Shown: positions 13,225 to 27,400, numbered from the stretch's first letter. The stretch: DNA of 64,000 bases from Marsupella aquatica (GCA_973895155.1 OZ316893.1:27786210-27850209), one strand, 5' to 3'. Program-made: numbers and translations. Notes: a model not told the origin generated them from the sequence alone.

Positions 13225-13640
13225 AGTTGGCCTAAACCCCAAAAGCCAAAACATAAACACCTCCTCTTATTCCAATACATATAAGCCAAACATTCATAAA
13301 ATGAAATCCCCCTGGCCAAACCCAAAACATAAAACACCTCATACATATTACCCTCCAATCTAAGCCCAACGTACCTTCATAAAATAAACCCTCCCCCAAC
13401 CAAACCAAACGTCCCTCCATTTACCCTCCAATACACATAACCCCAACCTTCATAAAATAAAAACCCTCCCAACCAGGCAAAACCCAAAAGCCAAAATATA
13501 AATCCCCGTCTCTTTCCTTCCAATATAACCCCCAATTTTCTGAAATAACACTCCCCCCAACCAGGCCAAACCCAAAAGCCGTAACATAAAACCCGGGCTC
13601 CTCTTACCCTCCAATGTCAGCACTTTTAAACCCCAACCCT
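13225..13640. repeat. Degenerate C/A-rich tandem repeats between the divergent CACTA genes
   Basis: Recurrent AAACCCAAAAGCCAAAACATAAA / TTACCCTCCAAT / CCTTCATAAAATAAA blocks. Confidence 0.65.
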
Positions 13641-15953
13641 TATATGATCACATGGAATGAATTACTTGTACCAAATTTAATGTTTATGACCCCTCTTAGT
13701 ATCCCTGCTCACAAAAAATACACATGCGAGATGGGGGTCTTTGCAAACCCAATAGCGAACATGTTTGCGAAGCCGTATTCTTTGCAAAGATACCATTTGC
13801 GAAGCTGGTTGAGAAGGTAGAACCATCGCAAACTGCGATGCAAATGACTTCGCAAACCCTAACTCTACTGTCCTTATCATTTGCCGAGCGCGGATGAGGC
13901 GGATCCATTTCTTTTGGGCCTTGGGAGAGAGCACCGCAGGCAAGGGAGGAGCGATGGCAAGCGGAGGGGGAACTGGAGGTGATGGAGGAGCTTCTGCCAG
14001 CAGCGGAGGCAACCACTTAGAGGAGGAGGATCGACTTCAAAAGATTGTGGATGACCATTTCTTGGTTGCGTAGTTGAGTAAGATTGATTTCACCTCTCCA
14101 GCAGGGCTTGCATCATTGAGTGCATTATTGGGCCAGGCCTTGCAATCTGGTCTCAGTGTAGGGAAAGCAGCAAGAGAGGAGGAAGAAAGGAGGACAGCCG
14201 AGCATAAGGCCGCTGAGAAGAAGCGAAAGAGGGATGAGAGAGCTCAGGCTGGAGTACTCTCCCCTCAAGCCTTGGAAAAGAAGAGGAGGAAAGATGAGAG
14301 AGACTTGATCAGGAAACATAGGGAGGAGCAGAGAAAGAAGGAGGAGGCAAGGAGGAAGCTGCCTCTGATTACATTAGAGGATTAGGGAATTCCCACAGAG
14401 CTTGCTTACAATGGGGCCAAGAGCACAATCAGACACATTGTGTCCACAAATTTTGCAAGAGGAGTCGAGTGGGGCACTCTCTCCAAGGCAGAGCAGAAGC
14501 GAGTGATCAATCAGGTGAAAGATGCATTCCGAAATGGAGGAGAGATGGATTCACAATGGCTTGCTGATAAAATCTCAAATTCCATGTCACAAGCACGATA
14601 CCATGACAGGATGAAGATCAGGGCTCACCTGAGAGATCTAGAGGAGTACAGGAATTTAGGGAGGCCGCAACAGTTCTTAGAAGATATCTGGCAGGCCTTC
14701 TACGCCACAGAGGTGAAGTTGAAAGCAGCCAGGGTCCTGAATGAATTTACAAAGAAGTTGACAAAGGCCTGGAAGGCAAAGGAGGCCAGGAAGTCTGACC
14801 ATGACCTGAAGATGATGGAGCAGAAGATGGCCCAGCTGCAGCAGGTTGTAGCAGAGGTGGGAGATCCGCCCAACAAGTTCTTGAAGGCAGCTGAGAGAGT
14901 CCAAGAAAAGCCCAACATCACCCACAGGCTTGGTCAAGGTGGCCTCCCCGGCCTCAAAGCAGCATTTGTGAGTGCACCGCCCTCTCCTCTCTTGACTTCT
15001 TACTCCAATTTCTATTCCAACACACCTGCAATGCCCCAACTCTTTTCTGTTGTGGCACCAAGTACTTCCAATTGGAGTTGTTGTGTCAGATTAGCTCACG
15101 AACATTTGCTTCCCTTTTGACTTTTCGTCATAACAGAAATTGCGAAGCATTTGCAATGCGCGTCGCTTCGCAACTGCTTTGCAAACCTTGTTATTCACTT
15201 TTTTGGAAATAAATTTGCGATGCCCTTGCGAAGCCCCGCGCATCTCAATCAATTTTGCAACCTAGTTTTCCCTTATGTTTGCGAAGCTGGAGACTTCGCA
15301 AATTCAAAAAATTTGAATTTTTGAATATTTCAAAACGTTCAAGTGTTGTTTGAGGGTCGTAAGTCCCCATGCCACCCTTGTAAAACCACCCCCCCAACCT
15401 AAGCCCCAACCCCACTAGCACCTAATTAACCCCTCTAATTGTTTTAAGGCATTTTGGCTTGCTGTTATTGCTTGGTTTTGACCGATTGTGCCGGTTTTTA
15501 TTTTGGTTAGTACAAGAGGTACAAGAGGAAGATCACAGCGCTGAGATGGAGGTGGGCCAGAAACATGGGAAGGAGCATCTCTTTCGGCAAGTTGATCAAT
15601 TATTGGTGAGCGTTAATTTTCAGGTTAATGTGTTGATTGCATTTATGAAAAATTCCCTCTTATGGATGTCATTCACTTAATTGTAAGGTTCTATATGACT
15701 AATGCATTGCTGGCTTGCTAATGTAACAGAGACCGGATGATGATGGTGACTCCCATACCGAGGGTGATAGTAGCAATGAGGATGAGGAGGGGACAGGGGA
15801 GGGGAGTATTGCTCCTGCTAGTCGAGTCAGGCCAACTAGCATTGGAGAGCAATCATTTGCATCAGCACACTCCACTGGTGCTGCGAGTGGTAGTGCGGTA
15901 GGGGATGGGGATGGTGATGGTGATGGGGATGGGGATGGTGGCGGTGATGGGGA

Positions 15954-18900
15954 TGTGGTGCGTCCCATGGCTCCCTAAACCCAAGAAACCCCCCCAGCGC
16001 AAGCCGATTCCCGTAGGTTTCGCGCTTGGCGAGGCTGTTTCCGCGGCTTAGCGGCATGGGACGCTGCTAACCTCCTACTACTACTATTAACATTTTACAC
16101 ACATATACTGGATAGATCCTTCATCGGGTCATGAGATACGTAGCCGGCCTAATCTAGGCCTTCCCTTGTCTTCCCCTCCGTCTTGTTAGGTATGTTTGGA
16201 TTCCGCCGCCGGAATGATCCCCAATAGGCTTGGTTAAGCCGCTAAGACCTCTCTCAGCTCGACACATCCAACTCTCACTCCCCTGCTTACTTTCCTTCCT
16301 CTATTGGTTGATGTGGACACTCTTCACACAAGTTAATGCGACACACAAATAGCAAAGTGACTCCTTCTGACTGAGTCATACCATGCACTTGCCATACAAA
16401 CAGTACATCTCATACACAAGCTCTGCGAACTAAGCCGTGAGGCCAACTCTATTCAGCTCTTAGGCATGAGGAAACATGAATATACACAAGGGTCACTGTA
16501 TGACTAACCGAGAGCTTCTCTTACTACTTGATCCCAGCCCGGCTGGTGCAACTAAAAACTTGCTAAAGAAGAGGCCCTGAGCTCCCCGCTGCCCAGGTAC
16601 TTATCCTGGTAGTGGATCCGCCTAATTCTTTGCAGCGTAAGCCTAATCTACTTAACTGGATCTACCTATGTACAGTGAGGCAGAAGTACAAGTGTTGCTC
16701 TTACCAGTGGAACCGCAATCCCACTAAGCTAAGTGTCAGGGCCGCCTCCTGGTCCTGATCCTAATCCTAAACTTAGAGATCTGAGCCCGCTCTGCCCACT
16801 CACGCCTCCTCCCTCCACGTCCGCCCTTCCTAAAAGGAACGGCGCCCTTGCACCGTCACGACACCGGTGGTGGATCCTCAATGGACGCCCCCAACGCTCC
16901 CTCCGCAACCACTGCCGTAGGTTCGTTCTCTGACAGATTACCTGCCCTTGACTGAGTCAACTCTCCATCGGCCTGACTGGGCCCACCCCCGGCTTCGGCC
17001 TCGGCTCAGAAATCATTCTCGGCTACGGCCTCAGCCTCGGCTACGGCCTCCCCGGCCTGCTCAAGAGGTGGATCTAGGATACCGGCCTCATTACTGAGTA
17101 GTTCGGCTTGGGCCGCGCCATCCCCACCTTTGGTGATAGCGGGATCTATTGCCGTGTTCAAGCCGGAGGTTGGTACCGGTTTGAGTACGGCTTGAGGGGT
17201 CGAATAACCTCCGGACCCCGAAGGTTTCCGCTTCTTCTTCTTCAATATCTCCATAGCCGGTTCCTTCCCCTTGCCGCCAATGTCCGGCACCAGGCCGTGT
17301 GTCACGGCTGGTCCTTCGGCAATTACCACCCCGGGTAACTGGTTTGCGCCAACGGGAGATGGACCTGATGCAGCTAAGCATTTAAATACTGCGGCTTGTT
17401 TCTTCAGCCGCTTTGTTTGGTTGTCGGCCCGCCGCTGTAGGTTCTCCATCTTCCTCGTGATTTCCTCCAACTCCTCCTGGGTCTCATCCAGGTCCTTACG
17501 TGCCTCCTCTAGCTCGTTTTTGGCTTCCTCCAATTCCTTCTTGGTGGTAGCCCTCTCCTCCTGGGTTGCTCTTAGCTCCTTGTCGAGCTCCGCTACGACC
17601 TCAGACTCCATGTTATTCATCTTGGCATAAGTCTGGTCGAGCTGGGCGTCCGTCTCCCGCAGGTCGGCCTTGAAGCTGGCCGTCAGGGACGCAAGCTCCT
17701 GCTGTAGCGCAATAATCCCTTGATAGGATTTCCCTAACTCGGCCTCCTTCTGCTCAAGGGCTCTGTGGATGACCTCGAGCTCTTCCTTCAGCGCCCTCTC
17801 CCTTCTCTGAGTCTCCGCCGTGACCCGGTTGTTGACTGCTATATGGGCCTCCTCTGCGTCTCTCAACTCCTTCTTCCATTTCTCCCTGTCCTTGATTGCG
17901 TCGGCCAATTCTCCCTGGGTCTGAGTCAGTTTATCCTTGATAATCTGATTATCAACCTACGCAGTGTCCAACTGCCCCTGCATGATGTTCAGCTCATGCT
18001 GCTTAATCCGCAGTTCATCTTGGGCTTTCTTGGCCGCCCTTAGATCTTCAATCTGGGCTTCCATCCTCCTAAGCCGCCGGATGACCTCGTCCTTCTTGCT
18101 TCTCTCTAAAGCCACCGCTTCTTCTAATTGGTGCTTCTCCAACTGCTCCCTATGGAAAAAGGGTCCTACCTCCAACTCCTCCCCAAAGATGCCGAGCGCA
18201 AGTTCCCCACATATCTCACCATACTCCATGGCTCTATTTTTAGCGTAGGTGGAGTAAGTAGAAGTGATCGGCATCGCCCATCGCGGCCTCTGCTCCCAAG
18301 CCGTCTTGCGGATCTCTTCAATCGTGGCTAGAGGTTTGCTTCCTTTTTTGGCTAGCCGCCTGATGTCCTCCGGCCAATCTCCTCCTGGCAAATCCTTTTC
18401 CCTAGCCAGGGCTGCCTTTTCTACTTCCCTAAGTCGCTCCTGAAATTCCTGTGCCGTCTGCTTTATGCCGTCAAAGCTCGGGGGAGCAACATCTGGTGGG
18501 GGAGACTCGGGGCTACTCTGCTGGTTGGGGTCCCCTCAAACTACCCTTGGAAGTGTGGGGATAAACCGGCCACAGGTCCTTACTCCTGGAACGTGATGGT
18601 CCGACCCATAGCCGGAGTTATCATGGCTGCAGTCCTCCACTGCCTCCTCCACCTCTTGGACTTCCGGCTTCTCCCTCTCCTCTTTGCCGGTAGGAGCTTC
18701 AAGCAATTCTGCCTCAGATTCAGAGCTTGAGACTCCCACGTACATTCGAACACCCAGCTTGGATTCTGGCCTGATTCTTCCGGTAAAGGGGTTTTCCCTT
18801 CTAAGTCTGCTTAGGTTGACCTCTGGGGCAGTGTCCTGTATTGGTGCCGCTGCCGAAGCTAGTGCCGCCTTTTCCTTCTCCAGCATTTTCAGCAGATTCT

Positions 18901-20580
18901 GCATGCTTGGTTGCTGCATCGGCAAGTCTTCCTTCCTTGGCCTAAACACCTGCTCAATCGTAGGGCTAACAGGTGGTTGAGGCTTCTCTGCTACCGGCCT
19001 TGGTGCTGGAGCTTCCTCGGGTGCCCTTACCTGCAGGGGAAGTACTGGGGCAAAGGTCTGACCTCTCGCATACCGGCACAACAGCGGCATGTGATAGCCA
19101 AGCCGCGACACGCTCCCCAGGCCGATTACCTGCTGCTCCTCCTTTAAGATCTTCTTCAATTGGTTGAGGAGGTACCCGTTGTAGTCCCGGCTTGGGTCTG
19201 GCCTCTCTGCCAGATAGACTTGTGCCTTGCCGATCTCTGCCCTCGGCAAGTTACAATGCATGGTCACCCGCAAGAAGTCGATCATCTCTCCTATGTGCGG
19301 GTTGGTGCAGGTGTTCCGGAAGAAGCCATTCTTCGTTGATGGCCCGGGGAACGACCGGAACTCCTTGTCAGGCAAGGTCTTCCTGGTATCAACTTTGGTC
19401 TTATTGCCTATCGGCAAGCCAAACACTTCGGCAATCACCTTGGGAGTAAGATAGAAATCCTTCCCATATATCCTCGTGGAATTGGTCTCGGGTTCCCATG
19501 ACCCCACGAATTCTAATAGGTCTGAATCCGGCACCTCCGGCTTCAGCCATGGTAATCTTACAAAGGCCTCTAAGCCGGATCCGGCCATGAAGCCTTGGTA
19601 CTTCTTGGTCTGCATGGCCGTAAAGCATGCATCCTCCTCCCGTGCAAAATGTAGTTGCACCTCCTCTGGTAGGGTTGCCGCCCAGCCTTTCCAGGTGTCA
19701 TCCCTGGTTGGAATGGCATTGATGGGATCGTCCTCCTCCTCTTCGGCTTCTCCCTGCCTCCTGCTCTGCTGCTCAGCTGGCTTCTTTGGTGCCGCCAACC
19801 TCGTTCTTTTTGTCGGGGTGGCTTCATCGTTGACGGCTCCCTTCCTCTTCATTTTGGCTCCTGTGGATGTCTCTCCTAGCACGGTTGCCTTTGTCCACCC
19901 CTCCGTGCTACCCTTCAACTCCCAGTGTATGTTGTTGTAGTGTTTGATGGCTTCTCGGATGCCGACGACTCTATCTTCGCAAAACAAAAGATCGTCGAGC
20001 TGATTGGAAGTAGGAGTCCACAAGAACTCGGCCTTGATGAGTTCGCCTCCTAAGAAAGCCGTCTTCTGCAGCTCCCACAATCGAGTGAGCTCCTGCCATT
20101 CTCGAGCTGCCCTTTCTGATTCTTCATCCTCGTAAGTCTTGATGTATTCAGTTGCCCGTTCGAATAGCATCCCCAGAAATGTGCCGCTTGATTGACGTTG
20201 CTCATACCCTCCTTAGGTCGATCGTCAGTATCTACTCTCTCCCCGAGTGCTTGCCTAAGCAGCTGACAGTAGTTGGCCTCCCGTAGTCATCTGCCTAGTT
20301 CGTGCTCGCAAATGAGCCACCATTCCCTGCAAGCGCTCCTTACCCCTCTCCTCTTTCGGTTCTTCCTCCCGTTGATCCTTCCTAGCCGCCGACGCTTAGT
20401 GCGCCCTAACCCTAATCTTGTTTTCACGCCCAGCGTCCTTACCTCCGGCCTCGGCCCGGGTTCCATAGTCGCCCCTAATTGTTTATATTTTCCTTGTTTT
20501 GTCCCTATACTAAGGTGTTTCTAGGGTACACTTCCCTTTTCCCCTTAAACTAGCCCAGTGATTCCTGACTAGGCATCACA
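15954..20580 (-). mobile_element. Solo LTR (4627 bp) of the gypsy family at 20779-28030
   Basis: TG...CA ends with an 8-bp imperfect IR (TGTGATGC / TGTGGTGC); 5-bp TSD GGGGA (15949-15953, 20581-20585). Its 5' end TGTGATGCCTAG matches the sequence starting right after the PPT at 24393. Confidence 0.88.
17006..20466 (-). pseudogene. LTR-encoded ~1150-aa protein (PMD/plant-transposon-domain-like plus long coiled coil), copy A
   Basis: ORFs 18536..20170, 17957..18391 and 17006..17908 join across nonsense codons that are sense codons (CGA, CAG) in copy B. ATG (MEPGPRPEV) lies ~115 bp inside the LTR. GLEAF..LLEFVGSWEPET..LTPKVIAEVFGLPIG motif. Confidence 0.8.
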
Positions 20581-20778
20581 GGGGATGAGGATGAGGATGA
20601 GGAGGGAGACCAAGAGGAGGAGGAGGCCCCGGTCCCCCACCCCCGCCCCCCCAAGAGCATGCAAGGGCAAGGAGAAGGCCAAGGGGAAGAAGTCAAGGAG
20701 GGGTAGGAACCAGCTTGCCGATGCCGAACGAAACTACTCCACCACAGAAAGAGAATTGGGGTAAGAAGGAGTTCACCT

Positions 20779-23700
20779 AGCCAAAGTAATAGAGGATTGG
20801 GGTAAGAAGGAGTTCACCTTTGGGGCCCCATCTATCACGTTATCCTGGGACACCAAGGATGACCGCAGGAAAAACATCAGGTAGATAGATGGGTACGACA
20901 GTGGACTGGAATCCGCCGATGAAGTACGTTGGCTAGAATGCCTCACTGACCTAACCGAAGAAAGTGTGTTTGGACCGGAAGAGCCCTCCAGCGGACTATG
21001 GCATGAACCTATGGAGAGTAACCTGGAGGAAGGTGAAGAAGAGACCAAGGATTGCTTTGCCATAGAGTCAACATTTTTAGCTTCAATTCCGGAGGAGACA
21101 CAAGAGGCGGATCGGCTAGATGAAACGGCTCGGTGGGGAGCTACACCAGAGACAATGGATTTTCCTCGGGCGTTGTGGCAAAACCGACAGGATCCACAAC
21201 GCCGTCTATCATCGGCAACAAATTAAATACCAAGGGATCGGCTTACAAGCCGATCACAAGGGCAGAACAAATTGAGGCCCTGCTAGAAGCCGGAAGAGCA
21301 CGACAGCCTGACCCTCAGGAAGCAAGAATAGATAAGATGCACGGGAAGAAACCAGAGCCGAGTCAAGAAGGGGAGCTGAGAACCAATTCAAAACCAAGCA
21401 GAACGGTAAGGGAACAGTCTATTAATAACCAGGGAGAACCTAAGTCAACCAACTCGGCTAGTACTGCCAAGATTCCAGTCTATGGAGGTATGAGACTAGA
21501 GAGGCTGGAAGCCGAGTTGGACCCAAATTTGAAGAAGCAGATTAATATGATCCAAGCACGGCAATACCGAAAGCTAGACTTAGGAGAAGGAAGGGAACTG
21601 AACTTGGGGCGGGACCTAGCACCTGAGCTTGAGAAAGAGATCAGTGAATTACTAATTGAATTTCAGGATGTGTTCGCATGGAGTCACCAAGATCTGAAGG
21701 GAGTAGACCCAAAACTAGGAGAACATCGAATCGATCTCATGTTAGGGGCCAAATCATTTCAACAATCGATTTGAAGGATGAACCCTAAGTATTCTCTGAT
21801 GGTCAAGGCTGAAATCGATAAACTAGTGGAAGCCGGATTCATCACTCCATTCCTGCATTTTGACTAGGTGTCTCCAATTATGATAGTTCCCAAGAAAGCT
21901 GGACCCGATGGTAAACCAAAGATCCGGGTTTGTCAGGATTACAGGAAGTTGAATGAGGCTACGTTAAAAGACCATTTTCCCTTACCCTTTACTGATATGG
22001 TACTAGACATGGTAGCCAATCATGAGCTATACTCATTCATGGATGGATACTCTGGTTATAACCAAATCAGGATTAGGCAGGAGGACCAAATCAAGACAGC
22101 CTTCATCACAGAATGGGGGATCTGTGTCTTCAATCGTATGCCGTTTGGACTCTGTAACGCACCAGCTATGTTCCAACGATTAATGGTGAACATTTTTCAT
22201 GACTACTTGAGAAAATTCATGGAAATCTTCATTGATGACTTTGCAGTAGTTGGGAAGGCATCGAAACATGCTAAATACCTCAGGAAGACCTTCATGAGAT
22301 GCAGAGAGGTAGGCCTCAAGTTACACCCAGATAAATGTTTCTTTGCCGTAGCAGAGGGTGTGCTACTAGGTCACAAGGTATCAAAAAAGGGCATTGAGAT
22401 TGATAAGGGTAAGCTAGCAGTGTGGCTAGATATCATGCAACCTAAGAACATAAAGGATGTGAGATCCTTCTTGGGTTGCATTGGTTATTATCGCCGGTTC
22501 ATCAAGGATTTTGCCAAGCTAGCTTTACCATTAACCAACATGCTCAAGGCAGGTGCAAACTTTGAACCTACACCAAAACGAGTGACAGCGGTAGTGGAAT
22601 TGAAGCAGATGTTAGTAGAGGCCCCAGTCATGATAGCACCAGACTGGAACAAGGATTTTCATGTCTTTGTAGATGTCTCAGGCTTTTGTATCGGCTCAGT
22701 ACTAAGTCAGTTAGATGAGAAAGGAAGGGACCATCCTATATACTTTGCAAGCCACCAGCTTGCCGATGCCGAACGAAACTACTCCACCACAGAAAGAGAA
22801 GCATTAGGAGTCATTTATTCATGTAAAAAGTTTAGGCATTATCTGCTAGGGTACAAGGTAATCTTTCATACTGATCATGAAAGTTTAAAATACCTAGTAA
22901 ATAAGCCGGAACTTACAGGCAGGGTAGCAAGATGGATTTTGCTATTACAAGAGTTTGACTACGAGTTAAAAATCAAGCGAGGAAAGCTACACGCCAATGC
23001 CGACTTCTTTTCAAGGATCACAGGTGAACCTACCACGGATTGCATCGACGATCGATTTCCCGACGAGGAGCTATTTGTTGTGGAAATAGCTGATACATGG
23101 TACCCTAAGATTTTACAATTTCTCAGCACTTCTAGATTACAGCCCGGACTAAGCCGAGAGCAAGCCGCAGTCTTTTTGCGGAAGGTCAGACAGTATCAGT
23201 GCATTAAGGGCGTGCTACACAGGCATGGAATCAGCAGCACGATTCAAAGGTGTTTGGAGGAGGGAGAGGTAAAACGAGTCTTACGAGCTATGCATGGGGA
23301 GGAGGCCGGGGGATATTTCGCTCCAGTAACCACTTCTAAAAAGATATTAAATGCCGGTTACTGGTGGCCCACCTTGCACAAAGATGTCTATAAGTTTATC
23401 AAACAATGTGATCCTTGTCAACGAGCAGGAGGACCAAGGGCGTCCACAAGACATCCACTGCATCCTATTCTACCTCTGGCACCATTTGAGAAGTGGGGTA
23501 TTGATTACATCGGACCCCTGAAACCATTGACCCATCCTCGAAGAAACAAGTACATAATCTTGGCCACGGATTATGCAACTAAGTGGGTAGAGGCCAGGCT
23601 GACAACGAAGGATGATGCAATTACTACGGCTTGATTCATGTATGAGCAGATCTTCACCAAGTATGGCGCACCCTTAGAATTAGTTAGTGATAGAGGAACC

Positions 23701-24404
23701 CATTTTCTGAATGATATAATTAGTCGTTTAAATGAGCAGTATTTAGTTAGACCTAGGCCTACTACTCCCTACCACCCAAAGGCAAACGGGTTGACAGAAC
23801 GAGCCAATGGAATTATAGGAAAAATATTAAACAAAACTGTAGCCTAGAACAAACTCGATTGGGATGATGAATTGTTTGCTGCTGTTTTTGCTTACAATTT
23901 AGCCTATCCACTACCGGTCATACACCTTTTTTCTTAACCTTTGGACAGGAAGCTCTGGTACCCATGCAACTTGAGATCCCTACATTTCAAGTTACAATTG
24001 AGGAGAGAACCTCAGAGGAGGAAAGCCTAAAGGATCGAGAATATAGATTAGAGGCCTTAGAAGAGGCAAGAATGATTTCAGCCGAGAGAGTAGAATATAG
24101 ACAGAATACCATGAAGCAGCGGTATGATAAAAGGTTGAAACTAGTTAGTATTCACACAGGAGATCTTGTATTACTTTATGACAGTAGGTATAGTAGGTTT
24201 CTGGGGAAACTTTATACTTGCTGGTTAGGACCTTTCAGGGTATCAATGAAGTTCTCTAATAGCTCTGTGCAATTGGCCAACATAACTAGAGAGGTGTACC
24301 CAGTTCGCATCCATTACGACCGCCTCAAGAAATACTATATGGACGAAGATGAAGTTGTTTGCAAGGACGCTTCACAAATAAGTGGGGAGCTATGTGATGC
24401 CTAG
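20779..24404 (+). pseudogene. pol: gypsy pol (RT, RNase H, integrase) with several stops/frameshifts
   Basis: SPIMIVPKK, QDYRKLN, DGYSGYNQI, MPFGLCNAP, FIDDF (RT); DVSG, EREAL, TDH (RNase H); CDPCQ, IDYIGP, SDRG, ERAN, WLGPF (integrase). Confidence 0.95.
24376..24389 (+). other. Polypurine tract of the gypsy element
   Basis: AAATAAGTGGGGAG, 3 nt before the TG of the 3' LTR. Confidence 0.75.
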
Positions 24405-27400
24405 CCAAGAATCACTAGGCCGGTTTACATGGTAAAAGCAGGAGTGTACCCTGGAAACACCTTAATATAGTAACAAGACAAGGAAAATATAAACAATTAA
24501 GGGTGACTATGGAACCCGGGCCGAGGCCGGAAGTAAGGACGTTAGGGGAGAGAACACGATTAGGGTTAGGGCGTGTTAAGCGTCGGCGGCTAGGGGTGAC
24601 CAACGGGAGGGAAGACAAGAGGAGGAGAGGGGTAAGGACTGCTCGCAAGGAATGGGGGCTCATTTGCAAGCACGAACTGGGCAGACGACTACGGGAGGCC
24701 AAATACTGTCAGTTGCTTAGGCAAGCACTCTGGGTGGGAACAGATACCAACGATCGAGTTAAGGAGGGTATGAGCAACGTCAATCAAGCGACACATTTTT
24801 GGGGATGCCTGTTCGAATGGGCAACTGAGTACATTGGGACTTACGAGGACGAAGAATCAGAGAGAGCAGCTCGAGAACGGCAGGAGCTTGCTCGACTGTG
24901 GGAGCTGCAGAAGTCTGCCTTCTTAGGAGGAGAACTCATCAAGGCCGAGTTCTTGTGGACTCCTACTGCCAATCAGCTTGATGACCTTCTGTTTTGCAAA
25001 GACAGAATCGTTGGCATTCGGGAAGCCATCAACCGTTGCAACGACGCGCACTGGGAGTTGAAGGGTAGCACGGAAGGGTGGACAAAGGCAACTGTGCTAG
25101 GAGAAACATCCACGGCAGCCGAGATGAAGAGGAAAGGAAACAACAACAAAGAGGCCACCCCGGCAAAAAGAACGAGGTCGGCAGCACCAAGAAAACCAGC
25201 AGAGCAGAAGAACAGGAGGCAGGGAGAAGCCGAAGAGGAGGAGGTCGATCCCATCAATGCCATTCCAACAAATGATGACACCTGGAAAGGCTGGGCGGCA
25301 ACCCTACCAGAGGAAGTGCAATTACATTTTGCATGGGAGGAGGATGCATGCTTTACGGCCATGCAGACCAAGAAGTACCAGGGCTTCATGGCCGGATCCG
25401 GCTTGGAAGCCTTCGTAAGATTACCATGGCTGAAGCCGGAGGTGCCGGACTCAGACTTATTAGAATTTGTGGGATCATGGGAACCCGAGACCAATTCCAC
25501 GAGGGTGTATGGGAAGGATTTCTATCTCACTCCCAGGGTGATTGCCGAGGTGTTTGGCTTGCCGATGGGTAATAAGACCAAGGTTGATACCAGGAAGACC
25601 TTACCTGACAAGGAGTTTCGGTCGTTCCCAGGACCATCAACAAAGAATGGCTTCTTCCGGAACACCTACACCAACCCGCACAATCGGAGAGATGATCAAT
25701 TTCTTGCGGGTGACCATGCATTGTAACTTGCCGAGGGCAGAGATCGGCAAGGCTCAGGTCTACCTGGCAGAAAGGCCAGACCCAAGCCGGGATTACAACG
25801 GGTACCTCCTCAACCAACTGAAGAAGATCTTGAAGGAGGAACAGCAGGTGATCGGCGTGGGAAGCGTGTCCCGGCTTGGCTATCACATGCCGCTGTTGTG
25901 CCGGTATGCCAGAAGTCAAATCTTTGCCCCAGTACTTCCCCTATCGGCAAGGGCACCGGAGGAGGTTTCGGAGCAGAGGCCGGCAACAGAAGAGCCCAAC
26001 CAGCATGCCAGTCCTACGATCCAGCAGGTGTTTCGGCCAAGGAAAGAAGACTTGCCGATGCAGCAATCAAGCATGCAGAATCTGCTGAAAATGCTGGAAA
26101 AGGAGAGAACGGCACCAGCAACGGCAACGGCACCAGTACAGGACACTGCCTCAGAGGCCGGCCTAAGCCGACTCAGGAGGGAAAACCCCTTTACCGGAGC
26201 CAAGGAGAGAAGGAGGCCGGAACACAAGTCGAGAGTGCGAATGTATGTGGGAGCCTCAAGCCCCGAATCGGAGGCAGAGCAGCCTAAGGCTCCTTCCCGT
26301 GGAGAGCAGAGGGAGAGGACAGCCTGGAACCCAGAGGAGGAACAAGAGCCCGTGATCTGTGAGGCCATTTTCACGGCAGGACCAGGGGAACAGAGGGGGA
26401 AGTCGGGAGTCCAAGCATTGGAGGAGGCGGTGGAGGACTACAGCAACGATAACTCCGGCTATGGGTCGGATCATCATGTTCCAGGAGTAAGGACCTGTGG
26501 CCGATTTATCCCCATGCTTCCAAGAGTAGTTCGAGGGGACCTCACTCAGCAGAGTAGCCCCGAGTCTCCCCCACCAGAGGTTGCTCCCCCGAGCTTTGAC
26601 GGCTTAAAGTAGACGGCACAAGAATTTCAGGAGCGACTTAGGGAGGAAGAGAAAGCAACCCTGGCTAGGGAGAAAAATTTACCAGGAGGAGATTGGCCGG
26701 AGGACATCAGGCAGCTTGCCGAGAAAAGAAGCAACCCTCTTGCCACCGTAGAAGAAATCCGCAAGGCGGCTTGGGAACAGAGGCCGAGGTGGTTGATGCC
26801 GATGACTTCTACTTACTCCACCTATGCTAAAGATAGAGCCATGAAGTACGGGGAGATGTGTGAGGACCTGGCGCTCAGCATCTTTAATTTGGGGAGGAGT
26901 TGGAGCAGGGACCTTTCTTCCAGAGGGAGAGGTGGGAGAAGCACCGATTAGAAGAAGCGGTGGCTTTGGAGAGAATCAAGAAGGACGAGGTCATCCGGGG
27001 GCTTAGGGAGAAGGAAGCCGAGGTGGAAGTCCAGCAGGCGGCCAAGAAAGCCCAAGATGAGCTGCTGATTAAGCGGCATGAGCTAAACATCATGCAAGGA
27101 CAATTGGATGCCGCTCAGTCTGGCAGTCAAATTATCAAGGATAAACTGACTCAGACCCAAGGAGAGTTGGCTAGCGCGGTCAAGGACAGGGAAAAGTGGA
27201 AGCAAGAGCTGAGGGATGCAGAGGAGGCCCACTTAACCGCCAACAACCGGGCCATGGTGGAGACTCAAAGAAGAGAGAGGGCGTTGAAAGGAGAGCTCGA
27301 AGATATCCGCGGAGCCCTTGAGCAGAAGGAAGCCGAGTTAGGGAAATCCTATCAAGGGATTATTGCGCTGCAGCAGGAGCTTGCGTCCCTGACGGCCAGC

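Larger units (their letters stand above)
13954..20706 (+). pseudogene. CACTA second ORF (TnpA/Ptta-like), divergent from the transposase, last exon split by the solo LTR
   Basis: ATG 13954 is in frame with ORFs 14074..14385 and 14440.. across two TAG stops. RPQQFLEDIW..HRLGQGG motif is typical of CACTA ORF2. Donor at 14968. The acidic GD/ED-coding run resumes at 20581 after the LTR. Confidence 0.65.
6651..20708. mobile_element. CACTA (En/Spm) transposon; one terminus at 6651, other end lost; contains a solo-LTR insertion
   Basis: CACTACTACA at 6651, followed by TTTGCGAA/TTCGCAAA subterminal motifs (6700-7200, also 13720-13860 and 15140-15300). Contains TnpD-like and TnpA-like genes. Truncated at the filler junction at 20709. 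Confidence 0.85.

Noticed and set aside
17006-17908. Host myosin/SMC/tropomyosin-like gene
   Set aside because: The coiled coil is the C-terminal part of the LTR-encoded ORF, present in both LTR copies.
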